A stretch of DNA of 49,108 nucleotides from Nemertoderma westbladi (GCA_032718475.1 JAUCBJ010001394.1:1-49108), one strand, 5' to 3'; shown: positions 36,866-48,275, counted from the first letter of the stretch. The notes: a model not told the origin generated them from the sequence alone. Made by a program: numbers and translations.

Positions 36866-39545
36866 GTAAGCAACCGGATTTGGTACAGTTGGAACCAGGT
36901 AAGCAACCAGATTTGGTACAGTTGGGACCAGGTAAGCAACCAGATTTGGTACAGTTGGAACCAGGTAACCAACCGGATTTGGTACAGTTGGAACCAGGTA
37001 AGCAACCAGATTTGGTACAGTTGGAACCAGGTAAGCAACCAGATTTGGTACAGTTGGAACCAGGTAAGCAACCAGATTTGGTAAAGTTGGGACCATGTAA
37101 GCAACCGGATTGGGTACAGTTGGAACCAGGTAAGCAACCAGATTTGGTACAGTTGGAACCAGGTAAACAACCAAATTTGGTACAGTTGGGACCATGTAAG
37201 CAACCGGATTGGGTACAGTTGGAACCAGGTAAGCAACCAGATTTGGTACAGTTGGAACCAGGTAAACAACCAAATTTGGTACAGTTGGGACCAGGTAAGC
37301 AACCGGATTTGGTACAGTTGGAACCAGGTAAGCAACCAGATTTGGTAAAGTTGGGACCAGGTAAACAACCAGATTTGGTAAAGTTGGGACCAGGTAAGCA
37401 ACCAGATTTGGTGCGAACCACCTCCTCCGTATCTTGGCTGATAGGCTGCACCGTTCCTGGGGGCGACCTTTCAGCACCACGATGGGCTGGGTCCGAACTC
37501 GAGTCCAGTTCGTGATAATTCACAGGGCCTCCCATTGTCTACGGGGCTTGCGGGTGAAGTGGAGAAGTGGGCAGGGGTTTGAGGACGGTGCTGGGCTGCC
37601 AAGCAGTATTTAGAACAGCATTGGAGCCATGGCTGTACTGGTAGGCCTACTGTAATACTTTTATTTGTTTTTATTTCTATATTATTTTAAATGTTGCTAG
37701 GATACACTGTGGAAACAGCTGATGGTGGGTTTGCTATAGTTTTTTTTTTTTTTTTTTTTTTTTTTTGTTTAATGTGCTACTATGTTTTTTTTATGTTAAT
37801 ATACTGGGTTTGCACCAGATTTGGTACAGTTGGGACCAGGTAAACAACCGAGATTTGGTACAGTTGGGACCAGGTAAACAACCAGATTTGGTACAGTTAG
37901 GACCAGGTAAGCAACCGGATTTGGTACAGCTGGAACCAGGTAAGCAACCAGATTTGGTAAAGTTGGGACCAGGTAAACAACCAGATTTGGTAAAGTTGGG
38001 ACCAGGTAAGCAACCATATTTGGTACAGTTGGAACCAGGTGAGCAACCAGATTTGGTAGGCCTACAGTTGGAACCAGGTAAACAACCAGAATTGGTACAG
38101 TTGGAACCAGGTAAGCAACCAGATTTGGTACAGTTGGAACCAGGTAAGCAACCACATTTGGTAGGCCTACTTTTTGAACCGGGTAAGCAACCAGATTTGG
38201 TACAGTTGGGACCAGGTAAGCAACCAGATTTGGTACAGTTGGAACCAGGTGAGCAACCAGATTTGGTAGGCCTACAGTTGGAACCAGGTAAACAACCGGA
38301 TTTGGTACAGTTGGAACCAGGTAAGCAACCAGATTTGGAACAGTTGGAACCAGGTAAACAACCAGATTTGGTACAGTTGGGACCAGGTAAGCAACCGGAT
38401 TTGGTACAGTTGGAACCAGGTAAGCAACCAGATTTGGTAAAGTTGGGACCAGGTAAACAACCAGATTTGGTAAAGTTGGGACCAGGTAAGCAACCAGATT
38501 TGGTGCGAACCACCTCCTCCGTATCTTGGCTGATAGGCTGCACCGTTCCTGGGGGCGACCTTTCAGCACCACGAGGGGCTGGGTCCGAACTCGCGTCCAG
38601 TTCGCGATAATTCACAGGGCCTCTCATTGTCTATGGGGCTTGCGGGTGAAGTGGAGAAGTGGGCAGGGGTTTGAGGACGGTGCTGGGCTGCCAAGCAGTA
38701 TTTAGAACAGCATTGGAGCCATGGCTGTACTGGTAGGCCTACTGTAATACTTTTATTTGTTTTTATTTCTATATTATTTTAAATGTAGCTAGGATACACT
38801 GTGGAAACAGCTGGTGGTGGGTTTGCTATAGTTTTTTTTTTTTTTGTTTAATGTGCTACTATATGTTTTTTATGTTAATATACTGGGTTTGCACCAGATT
38901 TGGTACACTTGGGACCAGGTAAACAACCGAGATTTGGTACAGTTTGGACCAGGTAAACAACCAGATTTGGTACAGTTAGGACCAGGTAAGCAACCGGATT
39001 TGATACAGCTGGAACCAGGTAAACAACCAGATTTGGTAAAGTTGGGACCAGGTAAGCAACCAGATTTGTACAGTTGGGACCAGGTAAACAACCGAGATTT
39101 GGTACAGTTGGGACCAGGTAAACAACCAGATTTGGTACAGTTGGGACCAGGTAAACAGCCAAATTTGGTACAGTTTGAACCAGGTAAACAACCAGATTTG
39201 GTACAGTGGGGAACAGGTAAACAACCAGATTTGGTACAGTTGGGACCAGCCAGGTAAACAACCAGATTTGGTACAGTTGGGAACAGGTTAGCAACCAGAT
39301 TTGGTACAGTTGGAACCAGGTAAGCAACCAGATTTGGTACAGTTGGGACCAGGTAAACAACCAGATTTGATACAGTTGGGACCAGGTAAACAACCAGATT
39401 TGGTACAGTTGGGACCAGGTAACAAATCAGATTTGGTTCATTCGTTCAACTGCCAGATTTGGTACACCTGGAACAAAGTAATCAACCAGATTTGGTACAG
39501 CTGGAACAAAACAATCATCCAGATTTGGTACAGTTAGAACCATGT
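36839..39545 (+). repeat. 33-bp exon-end/splice-donor minisatellite in three blocks (36839-37412, 37814-38504, 38893-39545)
   Basis: Unit aaccagatttggtacagttggaaccag|gtaagc = last 27 nt of exon 3 plus first 6 nt of intron 3. Confidence 0.96.
37413..38892. repeat. Two copies of a spacer of about 400 bp (37413-37813 and 38505-38892) separating the 33-bp blocks
   Basis: gcgaaccacctcctccg...atactgggtttgc near-identical, 1092 bp apart, each with a poly-T tract. Confidence 0.92.
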
Positions 39546-39770
39546 ATGGAACCCTGCCGAATGTGGTCACCTTGGAACCAAATAATTGCTATTACCGATC
39601 AATCAATTGTTTAATTCTATGTATATCTCTGTACTAATAGGAATACAAATGAATTCGGAGATTTAATTTCTTAAGTGGTACTTTTTACTCCCTGTTTATT
39701 ATTGATGATATCGTTTTATCCAAAACAATAGCGTGGTTCACCAATTTGTTAAATTTATTGATTATCCCAG

Positions 39771-39977
39771 GGCGCCTTTGATTGGAATCTCAATTACAAA
39801 GAAGTCCCACGAGGCGACCGAGAGAAGAAAAAACACAGCCATGAGACCGAACCCTATGATTCTCCAGTTATGGCTGGGGGATTGTTTGCTGTTAATAGGG
39901 CATGGTTCTTTGAGTTGGGAGCTTACGACGCTGGCTTGGAGGTCTGGGGTGGTGAGCAGTATGAGATAGCCTTCAAG
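39771..39977 (+). CDS. GALNT7: GALNT exon 4 (Gal/GalNAc-T motif)
   Basis: tcccAG|[13 protein letters not shown]...[45 protein letters not shown]|GTAAGT; 207 nt; not in the ORF track in this frame, translated by hand. Confidence 0.95.
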
Positions 39978-40002
39978 GTAAGTTTATAGGGAGGGGAGCA
40001 GT

Positions 40003-41663
40003 TGGGATAGCCTTAGTCTTATGGGATAGCCCCATGACCTACTAAAGATAGAAAGCTTTTCTAGAAAACTTCTAATGTAAAATCCTTCAAAAATAAATAA
40101 AGTACGTCATTTAGTAGGTAATGGATAGCCTATAACTTTAATTCCCTGCAGGTATGGGATAGCCTATAACTTTATTTCCTGCAGGTATGGGATAGCCTAT
40201 AACTTTATTTCCCTGCAGGTATGGGATAGCCTATTACTGTATTTCCCTGCAGGTATGGGATAGTCTGTTACTTTATTTTATTTCCCTACTGGTATGGAAT
40301 ATTCTATAACTTTATTTCCCTGCAGGTATGGGATAGCCTATAACTTGATTTCCCTGCAGGTATCATAGCCTATATCTTTATTTCCCTGCAGGTGTAACTG
40401 TATTTCCCCCCTGGTTTGGGATAGCCTAAAACTTTATTTCCCTGCAGGTATTGGATAGGCTATAACTTTATTTCCCTGCAGGTATGGGATAGGCTATAAC
40501 TTTATTTCCCTGCAGGTATGGATATTCTATAACTTTATTTCCCCCCTGGTTGGGGATAGGATACAACTTTATTTCCCTGCAGGTATGGGATATTCTATAA
40601 CTTTATTTCCCTGTAGGTATGGGATAGCCTATAACTAGATTTCCCTGCAGGTAGTATGATAGCCATTAACTTTATTTCCCTGCAGGTATAACTGTATTTC
40701 TCACCTGGTTTGGGATAGCCTAAAACTTTGTTTCCCTGCAGGTATGGGATAGGCTATAACTTTATTTCCCTGCAGGTATGGATATTCTATAACTTTATTT
40801 CCCCCCCTGGTTTGGGATAGGCTACAACTTTATTTCCCTGCAGGTATGGGATATTCTATAACTTCATTTCCCCCCTGGTTTGGGATAGCCTAAAACCTCA
40901 TTTCCCTGCAGGTATAGGATAGCCTATAACTTAATTTCACTGCTGGTATGGGATAGCCTATAACTTAATTTCACTGCTGGTATGGGATAGCCTATAACTT
41001 TATTTTCCTGCTGGTATGGGATAGTCTATAACTTTTATTTCTCTGCTGGTATAACTTTATTTCCCTGCAGGTATGCAATAGCCTATAACTTTATTTCCCC
41101 GCGGGTATGGGATAGCCTATAACTTTATTTCCCCACCAGCATGGGAAAGCCTATAACTTTATTTCCCCACCAGCATGGTATAGCCTATAACTTTATTTCC
41201 CCACCAGCATGGGATAGCCTATAACTTTATTTCCCTGCAGGTATAACTTTATTTCCCCCCTGGTATGGGATAGCCTACAACTTTATTTCCCTGCAGGTCT
41301 GGGATAGCCTATAACTTTATTTCCCCGTGGGTATGAGATCGCCTATAACTTTATTTCCCTGCATGTGTAACTTTATTTCCCCACGGGTATGGGATAGCCT
41401 ATAACTTTATTTCCCTGCAGGTATGGGATAGTCTATTACTTTATTTCCTTGCAGGTATGGGTTAATCTATAACATTTTTCCCGGCAAGTATGGGATAGTC
41501 TATTAGTTTATGCCCCCGCGGTTATGGGATAGCCTATAACTTTATTTCCCGGCATGTATGGGATAGCCATAACTTTATTTCCCTGCAGGTTTGGGATAGC
41601 CTTATAACTTTATTTCCCGGGAGGTATGGGCTAGTCTATAACTTTATTTCCCCACAGGTATGG
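40003..41663 (+). repeat. 34-bp splice-acceptor/exon-start minisatellite filling intron 4, about 45 units
   Basis: Unit gatagcctataactttatttccctgcag|gtatgg; the last unit supplies the real acceptor of exon 5. Confidence 0.95.
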
Positions 41664-41903
41664 ATGTGCGGCGGTCGCCTATTGAACGCTCCCTGCTCAC
41701 GGATTGGCCACATATACCGGCTACACGTACCAGGTTACCGGGGCAACCCCAGTCTGAAAACTTCCGGAGTCCCCGGAGTCAGTCTGTTGGAGAAGAACCA
41801 CATGAGAGTGGTGGAGGTCTGGATGGACGACTACAAACAGTACTTCTACAATAGTTACCCTCACCTGGTGGGCAAACCCTATGGGAATGTGACCCACTTG
41901 CAG
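41658..41903 (+). CDS. GALNT7: GALNT exon 5
   Basis: ccccacAG|VWMCGGRLLNAPCSRIGHIYR...KNHMRVVEVWMDDYKQYFY...PYGNVTHLQ, CAG|GTTCGT; 246 nt. Confidence 0.95.
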
Positions 41904-42575
41904 GTTCGTAAAACCTAGAGAATATTTAACCCACATAAAAAATACGCAGCACACATCACATAAAATTAATTATGGTAAAAGTAAACGTTAGTTTAACACT
42001 CAGTGAACCTTATCCCACTCGGTAGTAAAATTAATTCTGAGATTCTTTGTAGAGAAAGTCTCTCAACTAACAACTTCCTGCTATGGATATTAGCTATTAA
42101 TTGTTAATATTGCAATTAACGTAATTAAATTATTTAAATAATTAACATAACATGGTCCATAATAAATTATACCGGAGACTTCCTGCTGTTATATTTCACT
42201 TTCTAGTTTAACCCCATGTGAATAATAACAGGTTTTCATTAAAAACCCAGGGTTTCTAAAGGGCTGAATTTAAAATTCTTTACAAATTCTTTATAATATA
42301 ACATTCCAATCGAATTTCAACCGAAAAGTGAAAACAATATGTTTTATTGGGTCTAGCCAGTGTTCATGTCTGCCTTATATCCTTAAATAGTAGATAAATG
42401 AGTATCAGTTTCCTCTGGGAAGTATAGTTCTGGGGGGACCCCACTGGAAATAAATCGTAAGACTGCGTAATCCTAAAGCCTAACGGCCGCATAAAAACTT
42501 GATTTACTTTTTATCAACCTTTTTTTTATTAGAAACTATAACAATATAATAAAGTACTACTTTACATACTTGCAG

Positions 42576-43028
42576 GAATTCCGTAAACGCGAGTGCCCGC
42601 ACTCGTTCCAATGGTTTGCAGACAACGTCCTCTACCAGGCCCTCCTGGACTACCCGCCGGCGGCGGCCAACGTGGCGTGGGGCGCAGTGCGGAACGCGGC
42701 CACCCAGACCTGTCTGGCGTTCGCCGGGGTCTCCTACGGGCAACGAGTCGGCCTGGCGGGCTGCCACGAGCGCTTCCGGTTGACGGAAGCCAAGGAACTC
42801 CTGTGGAACGAGCACTGCGTGCGACCGCGTAGCGACGGCACAGTCGAGAAGTATTTCTGCCACAATCGGCACAAGGACTACTTCGGGTGGACCTACAACC
42901 CGCGGTCCGCCCCGGGCCAGATTAGGTTCGAGAGACTAGACCGCTGTCTGGACGCCCGAGACAACGAGGTCCGTTTGGAATTCTGCGATTCCTCAATTAA
43001 ATCGCAGCAGTGGTCTATCACGCACTAG
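42576..43028 (+). CDS. GALNT7: GALNT exon 6: linker and ricin-B lectin domain, stop codon
   Basis: ttgcAG|EFRKRECPHSFQWFADNV...WGAVRN...CLA...CH...CV...CH...RCLDA...CD...QQWSITH*; three cysteine pairs of the beta-trefoil. Confidence 0.94.
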   Translation, partial: EFRKRECPHSFQWFADNVLYQALLDYPPAAANVAWGAVRNAATQTCLAFAGVSYGQRVGLAGCHERFRLTEAKELLWNEHCVRPRSDGTVEKYFCHNRHKDYFGWTYNPRSAPGQIRFERLDRCLDARDNEVRLEFCDSSIKSQQWSITH

Positions 43029-43077
43029 TATCCATCAATTACTTCGCAGTATTATATTATTACTTTGAAGCTCCTCA

Positions 43078-43772
43078 CAGAATTTGTTTACAAATTTTTG
43101 TGACGTCACAGAATTTGTATACTAATTTTTGTGACGTCTCTTAATTTAGTTTACTAATTTTTGTGACGTCAGAGAATTTGTATGCTAATTTTTGTGACGT
43201 CACTTAATTTAGTTTACTAATTTTTGTGACGTCACAGAAATTGTATGCTAATTTTTGTGACGTCACTTAATTTAGTTTACTAATTTTTGTGACGTCACAG
43301 TATTTGTATACTAATTTTTGTGACGTCACTTAATTTAATTTACTAATTTTTGTGACATCACAGAATTTGTATGCTAATTTTTGTGACGTCACTTAATTTA
43401 GTTTACTAATTTTTGTGACGTCACAGAATTTTTATGCTAATTTTTGTGACGTCACTTAATTTAGTTTACTAATTTTTGTGACGTCACAGAATTTGTATAC
43501 TAATTTTTGTGACGTCACTTAATTTAGTTTACTAATTTTTGTGACGTCACAGAATTTGTATACTAATTTTTGTGACGTCACAGAATTTGTATACTAATTT
43601 TTGTGACGTCACAGAATTTGTATACTAATTTTTGTGACGTCACTTAATTTAGTTTACTAATTTTTGTGACGTCACAGAATTTGTATACTAATTTTTGTGA
43701 CGTCACAGAATTTGTATGCTAATTTTTGTGACGTCACTTAATTTAGTTTACTAATTTTTTGTGACGTGACGT
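43078..43772. repeat. 31/32-bp tandem repeat with TGACGTCA core, about 22 units, just after the GALNT stop
   Basis: Alternating atttttgtgacgtcacagaatttgtatacta and atttttgtgacgtcacttaatttagtttacta. Confidence 0.95.
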
Positions 43773-44063
43773 TTTTATTACCCGGATAAAAATCAGAATA
43801 AAAATATATCATGATCCGTTAAAAAATATATATTTTTTGGGCGTTAACAACAAGATAGAGTTGAAAAACCGGAAAGGAAAGACAATACAAATTTATTTGG
43901 GGTCGTTTATGATAAATTGGCAGGTCAATAACATTATTGCAGTAAAACATATTATTAAATATAGTAAAATAAAGTAACACAACAAACATCCTACTGTAAG
44001 GGAAGCAAATATAATCACAACAATATTGTATTGAATCTGTCAAACCCTAAAATATAATATATC

Positions 44064-44221
<158 letters not shown>

Positions 44222-44401
44222 TACTGACTACAGTCGCAATGTATGCGGTAGTGTTGCCTTATAGCTGAGGGGACAAGTCGTAACGGTTGGGGTTTATTTC
44301 GAAAATATTAAAAAATATATTTAGTTAAGTTTCCGATTTCTTTTTAACTGCATATTTTTCATGATGATATTTTTATTTATGTCCATCCGATTACATTCCT
44401 C

Positions 44402-44500
44402 TAGGGTTTAAACGGCATCCCGATCCCGAAAAACCGGGGATCCCGAGATTGATAATCCCGGTCCCGGAAATCCCAAACAGATTGATCCCGTTTAAACACT
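44402..44500. mobile_element. Minimal MITE of about 100 bp, TAG(T/G)GTTTAAAC family
   Basis: tagggtttaaacgg...ccgtttaaacacta; flanks attcctc / attcctac resemble a degenerate TSD. Confidence 0.7.
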
Positions 44501-44897
44501 AATTCCTACCATAAAAACCTATTAATTGACCCAATTAATTGTAATTCTGTTATATTACAATATTATTCAGAGAAATGTAAAATATCTAAAACAGATTCAG
44601 AAACAATTCGGTAATTTATTAGCTGTAATTAAGTTAAGTTAACTTCACCCATTACACACAACACATTATTTATGTTATTAAATATCAAATATTATAATAT
44701 GTTAAATAAATATTTAAGGTGCAGTTTTTCCTTATTTACGTAATTGATGCTCTTGGCTTTGGTTTTACGTGTGGAATTGATCACATATTTCACAGTAACT
44801 GAATGTAATTTCTATGGTTGTGCCTTTACATTTAGTTAAATAATGGTTTATTTTTATTTAATTTTATATTTAATAATCTTTCTTTTATATTTCCGTG

Positions 44898-45033
<136 letters not shown>

Positions 45034-45192
45034 ACTGGTATTGGTTGGATATATTTTTTTAATTTATGGGACCCCGATATATTGATTATCCTAATCGCTA
45101 TTCGGTTTGTATAAAAAAAAATCTCAACGGAGAATCGGTAAACTAACATTCACTTTTATCGTCGATCTCCCTCATTTTATTTATTACATGGT

Positions 45193-45321
45193 AAAATATA
45201 TATTCTCTTTTTCCCTTTATTTACCGAGCGCCAGCGAAGTTAAAATAAAATATAAATAAAATAAATAAAATATATATTCTCTTTTTCCCTTTATTAACTT
45301 CGCTGGCGCTCGGTAAATAAA
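45193..45321. repeat. Overlapping inverted and direct repeat
   Basis: tttatttaccgagcgccagcgaagttaa / ttaacttcgctggcgctcggtaaataaa inverted; aaaatatatattctctttttccctttatt direct, twice. Confidence 0.85.
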
Positions 45322-47579
45322 ATACCTCGAGAATAGTGAAAAAAATCTTCTCTTTTTTTCCCATGTAATACGTAATTTTATTCTTAAATTGGTACTTTTT
45401 TTTGCCCAATTATTTAATAAAAGATAGAACGATATAGTATTTACTTACTCTAGACAATGTTAAATAATTTAGTATTCTCGAGTTTAAAGAATAAATTTAC
45501 TTATTTATCAATTAATTCAATTGAAGGGCTGAACATAAAAAGGTTCTAATGTGATAAAAGTGTCATTCTGAGATAATCACACTTCTGCGATTTTTTTACC
45601 TACACATTACAGTTGATGTTGACATTCTGTAATATTGCCTGCAAGTAAATAAGATTGATGTATTTCAAAATCTTTAATTTCAAAAATTTTTTTTTTCAAA
45701 AACTACATAAGACCTTTTTTGTTTATGTCTATGCGATTTTTACTGTACATAGGACTATGTTACTCCAGGATATCAGGCAGTTATTGTTCATATGATCTCA
45801 GAACCTTATTGGTAAGTTAAGTTAGGTCTCATAGGACATCTGTATGAGAATAACTCTGATTCTAAGAAAATGTCACATAGGACCTTTTTATGCTCAGCCC
45901 TTGAATTAATCCATCCCATTCACCAAGACATGTACACCGTCTATCGCACCTAAAAAAGTGAAAGGAAATATCTGTCAAGGTGCAGTTAAATGCAACAAAT
46001 AACTATAAATAAGATTAAAGAATAACTGCTGTGTAGCTGGTGCAATATCGTGGGAGACACTTTTTTCAAACGCTTTATAGCTAAAGAATGAAAGGAAAAT
46101 CAAAATTTACTAACTAAAAATCCCCCATAAAAATATGTTATTTTATGTTGACGGATAACAATACTTGGCCAGTAATATAATATCCCAAATTATATCAAAC
46201 ATCATTTTAGTTCACCAGTACAAAAATATCATTTTGTTTTTAGGAAATGTTTTTTTCTAATTATTTAAAGGTTTGCTGAATTGCCAATAATGTCAACCAC
46301 ATATTATCGTTTTGTTACATATTTTCAATTACTCTTCAAAAACATATATAATTTTTTTTGTGGAAAGGTCAACTTTTAAAGCGATCGAAATGGAATTATG
46401 TCTAGGGAAAAAAAATTAACTCAAATAACATCTGATTACCTGAGACTATTGACATTGTTTGTTGGTTCAGATATTTATCTCTTTCCCTGGTGAACTTTTA
46501 CCTTTAGTAGTTAATTAATAATCTTTAGTTTTAATTTTAGATCTATAATTAATTAAACCCAGACTATTTTAAAAGGGAGTTTCTGTTTATGGACCAGGTT
46601 GTCTGTTTAATTGTTAATGTATCGTTTCCTTTATTTCTTTCCATTTATTGGTTATATTCTATTAATAATTGTGCTAGTTGGTTGATATTAACACTTAAAA
46701 AATATTTTACTTAAAATGTTTTTGCTAAATATAGAAATATTAAATATTTCGCGGTTAATAAATAATAACATTTATTTTTTATATCGCGGGGATTCAAACT
46801 TCATAGCGTATGTAAAACGATTAAAGGAAATGTTGAACTGTCCAAGTGGTACATAACCGATTTATTATACCGTTTATTGAAATTTTTTGGTAAAGTCTGA
46901 TTTCACCGGAAGCTGTCATCCGAAATATGGATTATGATTTATCGTTGGATACAGTTCACCAACTAGGACTCTCGGGGCAAATACCACACCCTGGTTTGCC
47001 ATTCCACAGGGTGGGTGTCGCAATGGAGTCAGATATGAGGCCCATCACCCATATCTACTCTGGCGCACATGACCCACCATTGGCTGTTGCAGCTCATCTG
47101 CTGGGTCATGCCCTGTACCCTTGCTGCCAGGTGCAGGTCGCAGTGAAGTGCTCTCAGAGTGGACATGAGAACACTCTACTCCTGACCAGCCCTTGGTAGA
47201 TCACCATCTGCATGGTCGGGCCATATACCCCTGCAGCCAATATGGGTCCTTAATCCAGGACCAAGGGCGTCATTATCCCAGAACGAAGGGTGTCCTAGTT
47301 ACAGGACCAGATTTGCCCTAGTAAGAGGGTCTATGCAGCTACAGGTGGCACCTCCTTTATGCTGCATGGAGGTGGCAAGTTTTCTTGATCAATGACCTAG
47401 AATACCTGACCTGACCAAACTGTACAATCAAATGATCGGTTCTCGAGATATCATCAAATTAAATTTAATTAGACGACCGTAAGGGCTTACTTGCTGGCTC
47501 TCTAGTAATACTAAAGCCACAAAATCAGGATTTAACCCAAATATCTTTTATTGTTTTTAACCCACGTGTTTTCCCATGA

Positions 47580-47680
47580 AACCGGAATGATACATCGCCG
47601 TGATTGGTTGATTGCCTGTTAGTTTCCGCCCCCTGTGATTGGTTGTTACCTAAGGGTGGCACCCACGCGCGATTGGTGGA
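47580..47680 (+). promoter_or_regulatory. Candidate NF-Y/Sp1-type promoter upstream of the reeler-domain gene
   Basis: GATTGG at about 47602, 47637, 47671 (about 35-bp spacing); GC box CCGCCCC at 47626; CpG-rich patch in AT-rich surroundings. Confidence 0.45.
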
Positions 47681-48275
47681 TCGCTGTATAAGCTTGCCTA
47701 CCACACCCAAGCAAAGATACATTCGTGCAATGATCAGGGTGTTTGGAATTAAGAGAAAAGGCCGATTGTAGTAGAATATTAAAGTTTTTGCCAAGACTTC
47801 GCTCTTAGTATTAATTTCATTGAATAGATTCGATTGTCTGTAGTATCAACCTGTTAACTCATTATATTCTGAGCCAAGATATTATTGCTTGATTACTTTA
47901 TTGCAGACATATATACTACTAATTAACAATTTAAACGTCTCTTTTTTTATGATTTTGTTTTAGATATTTACAATTTTTTAATTAATTTGATCGTAATCTG
48001 AAAGTTATTTGTATTTGTATTATTAGTTACATAGTGACAACGAAATGGCGAATATTAATAAAAAAAATGTTGATTGAATAGTTGGCTTAAGATTTAAGCA
48101 CTTTTTGTCTGTTTTTATAGAACTTTTGATGCAAGTTGCACGCACTTATTTTGACAAATTTAAATCAGTGAAAGTTAATTAAATTTTCACATAAATAATA
48201 TTATTTATTTAGTATTTTTTATGAATATATATTAATAACTACTTAACTGGAATAAATATAATTTATGTAACCTTA

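Noticed and set aside
36610-39537. [20 protein letters not shown] and similar repeat-protein ORFs
   Set aside because: Alternative frames of the 33-bp array; only the NQIWYSWNQ frame joins the GALNT exons
42504-42872. Overlapping ORFs on exon 6
   Set aside because: Expected in a GC-rich coding exon; only the lectin frame shows homology
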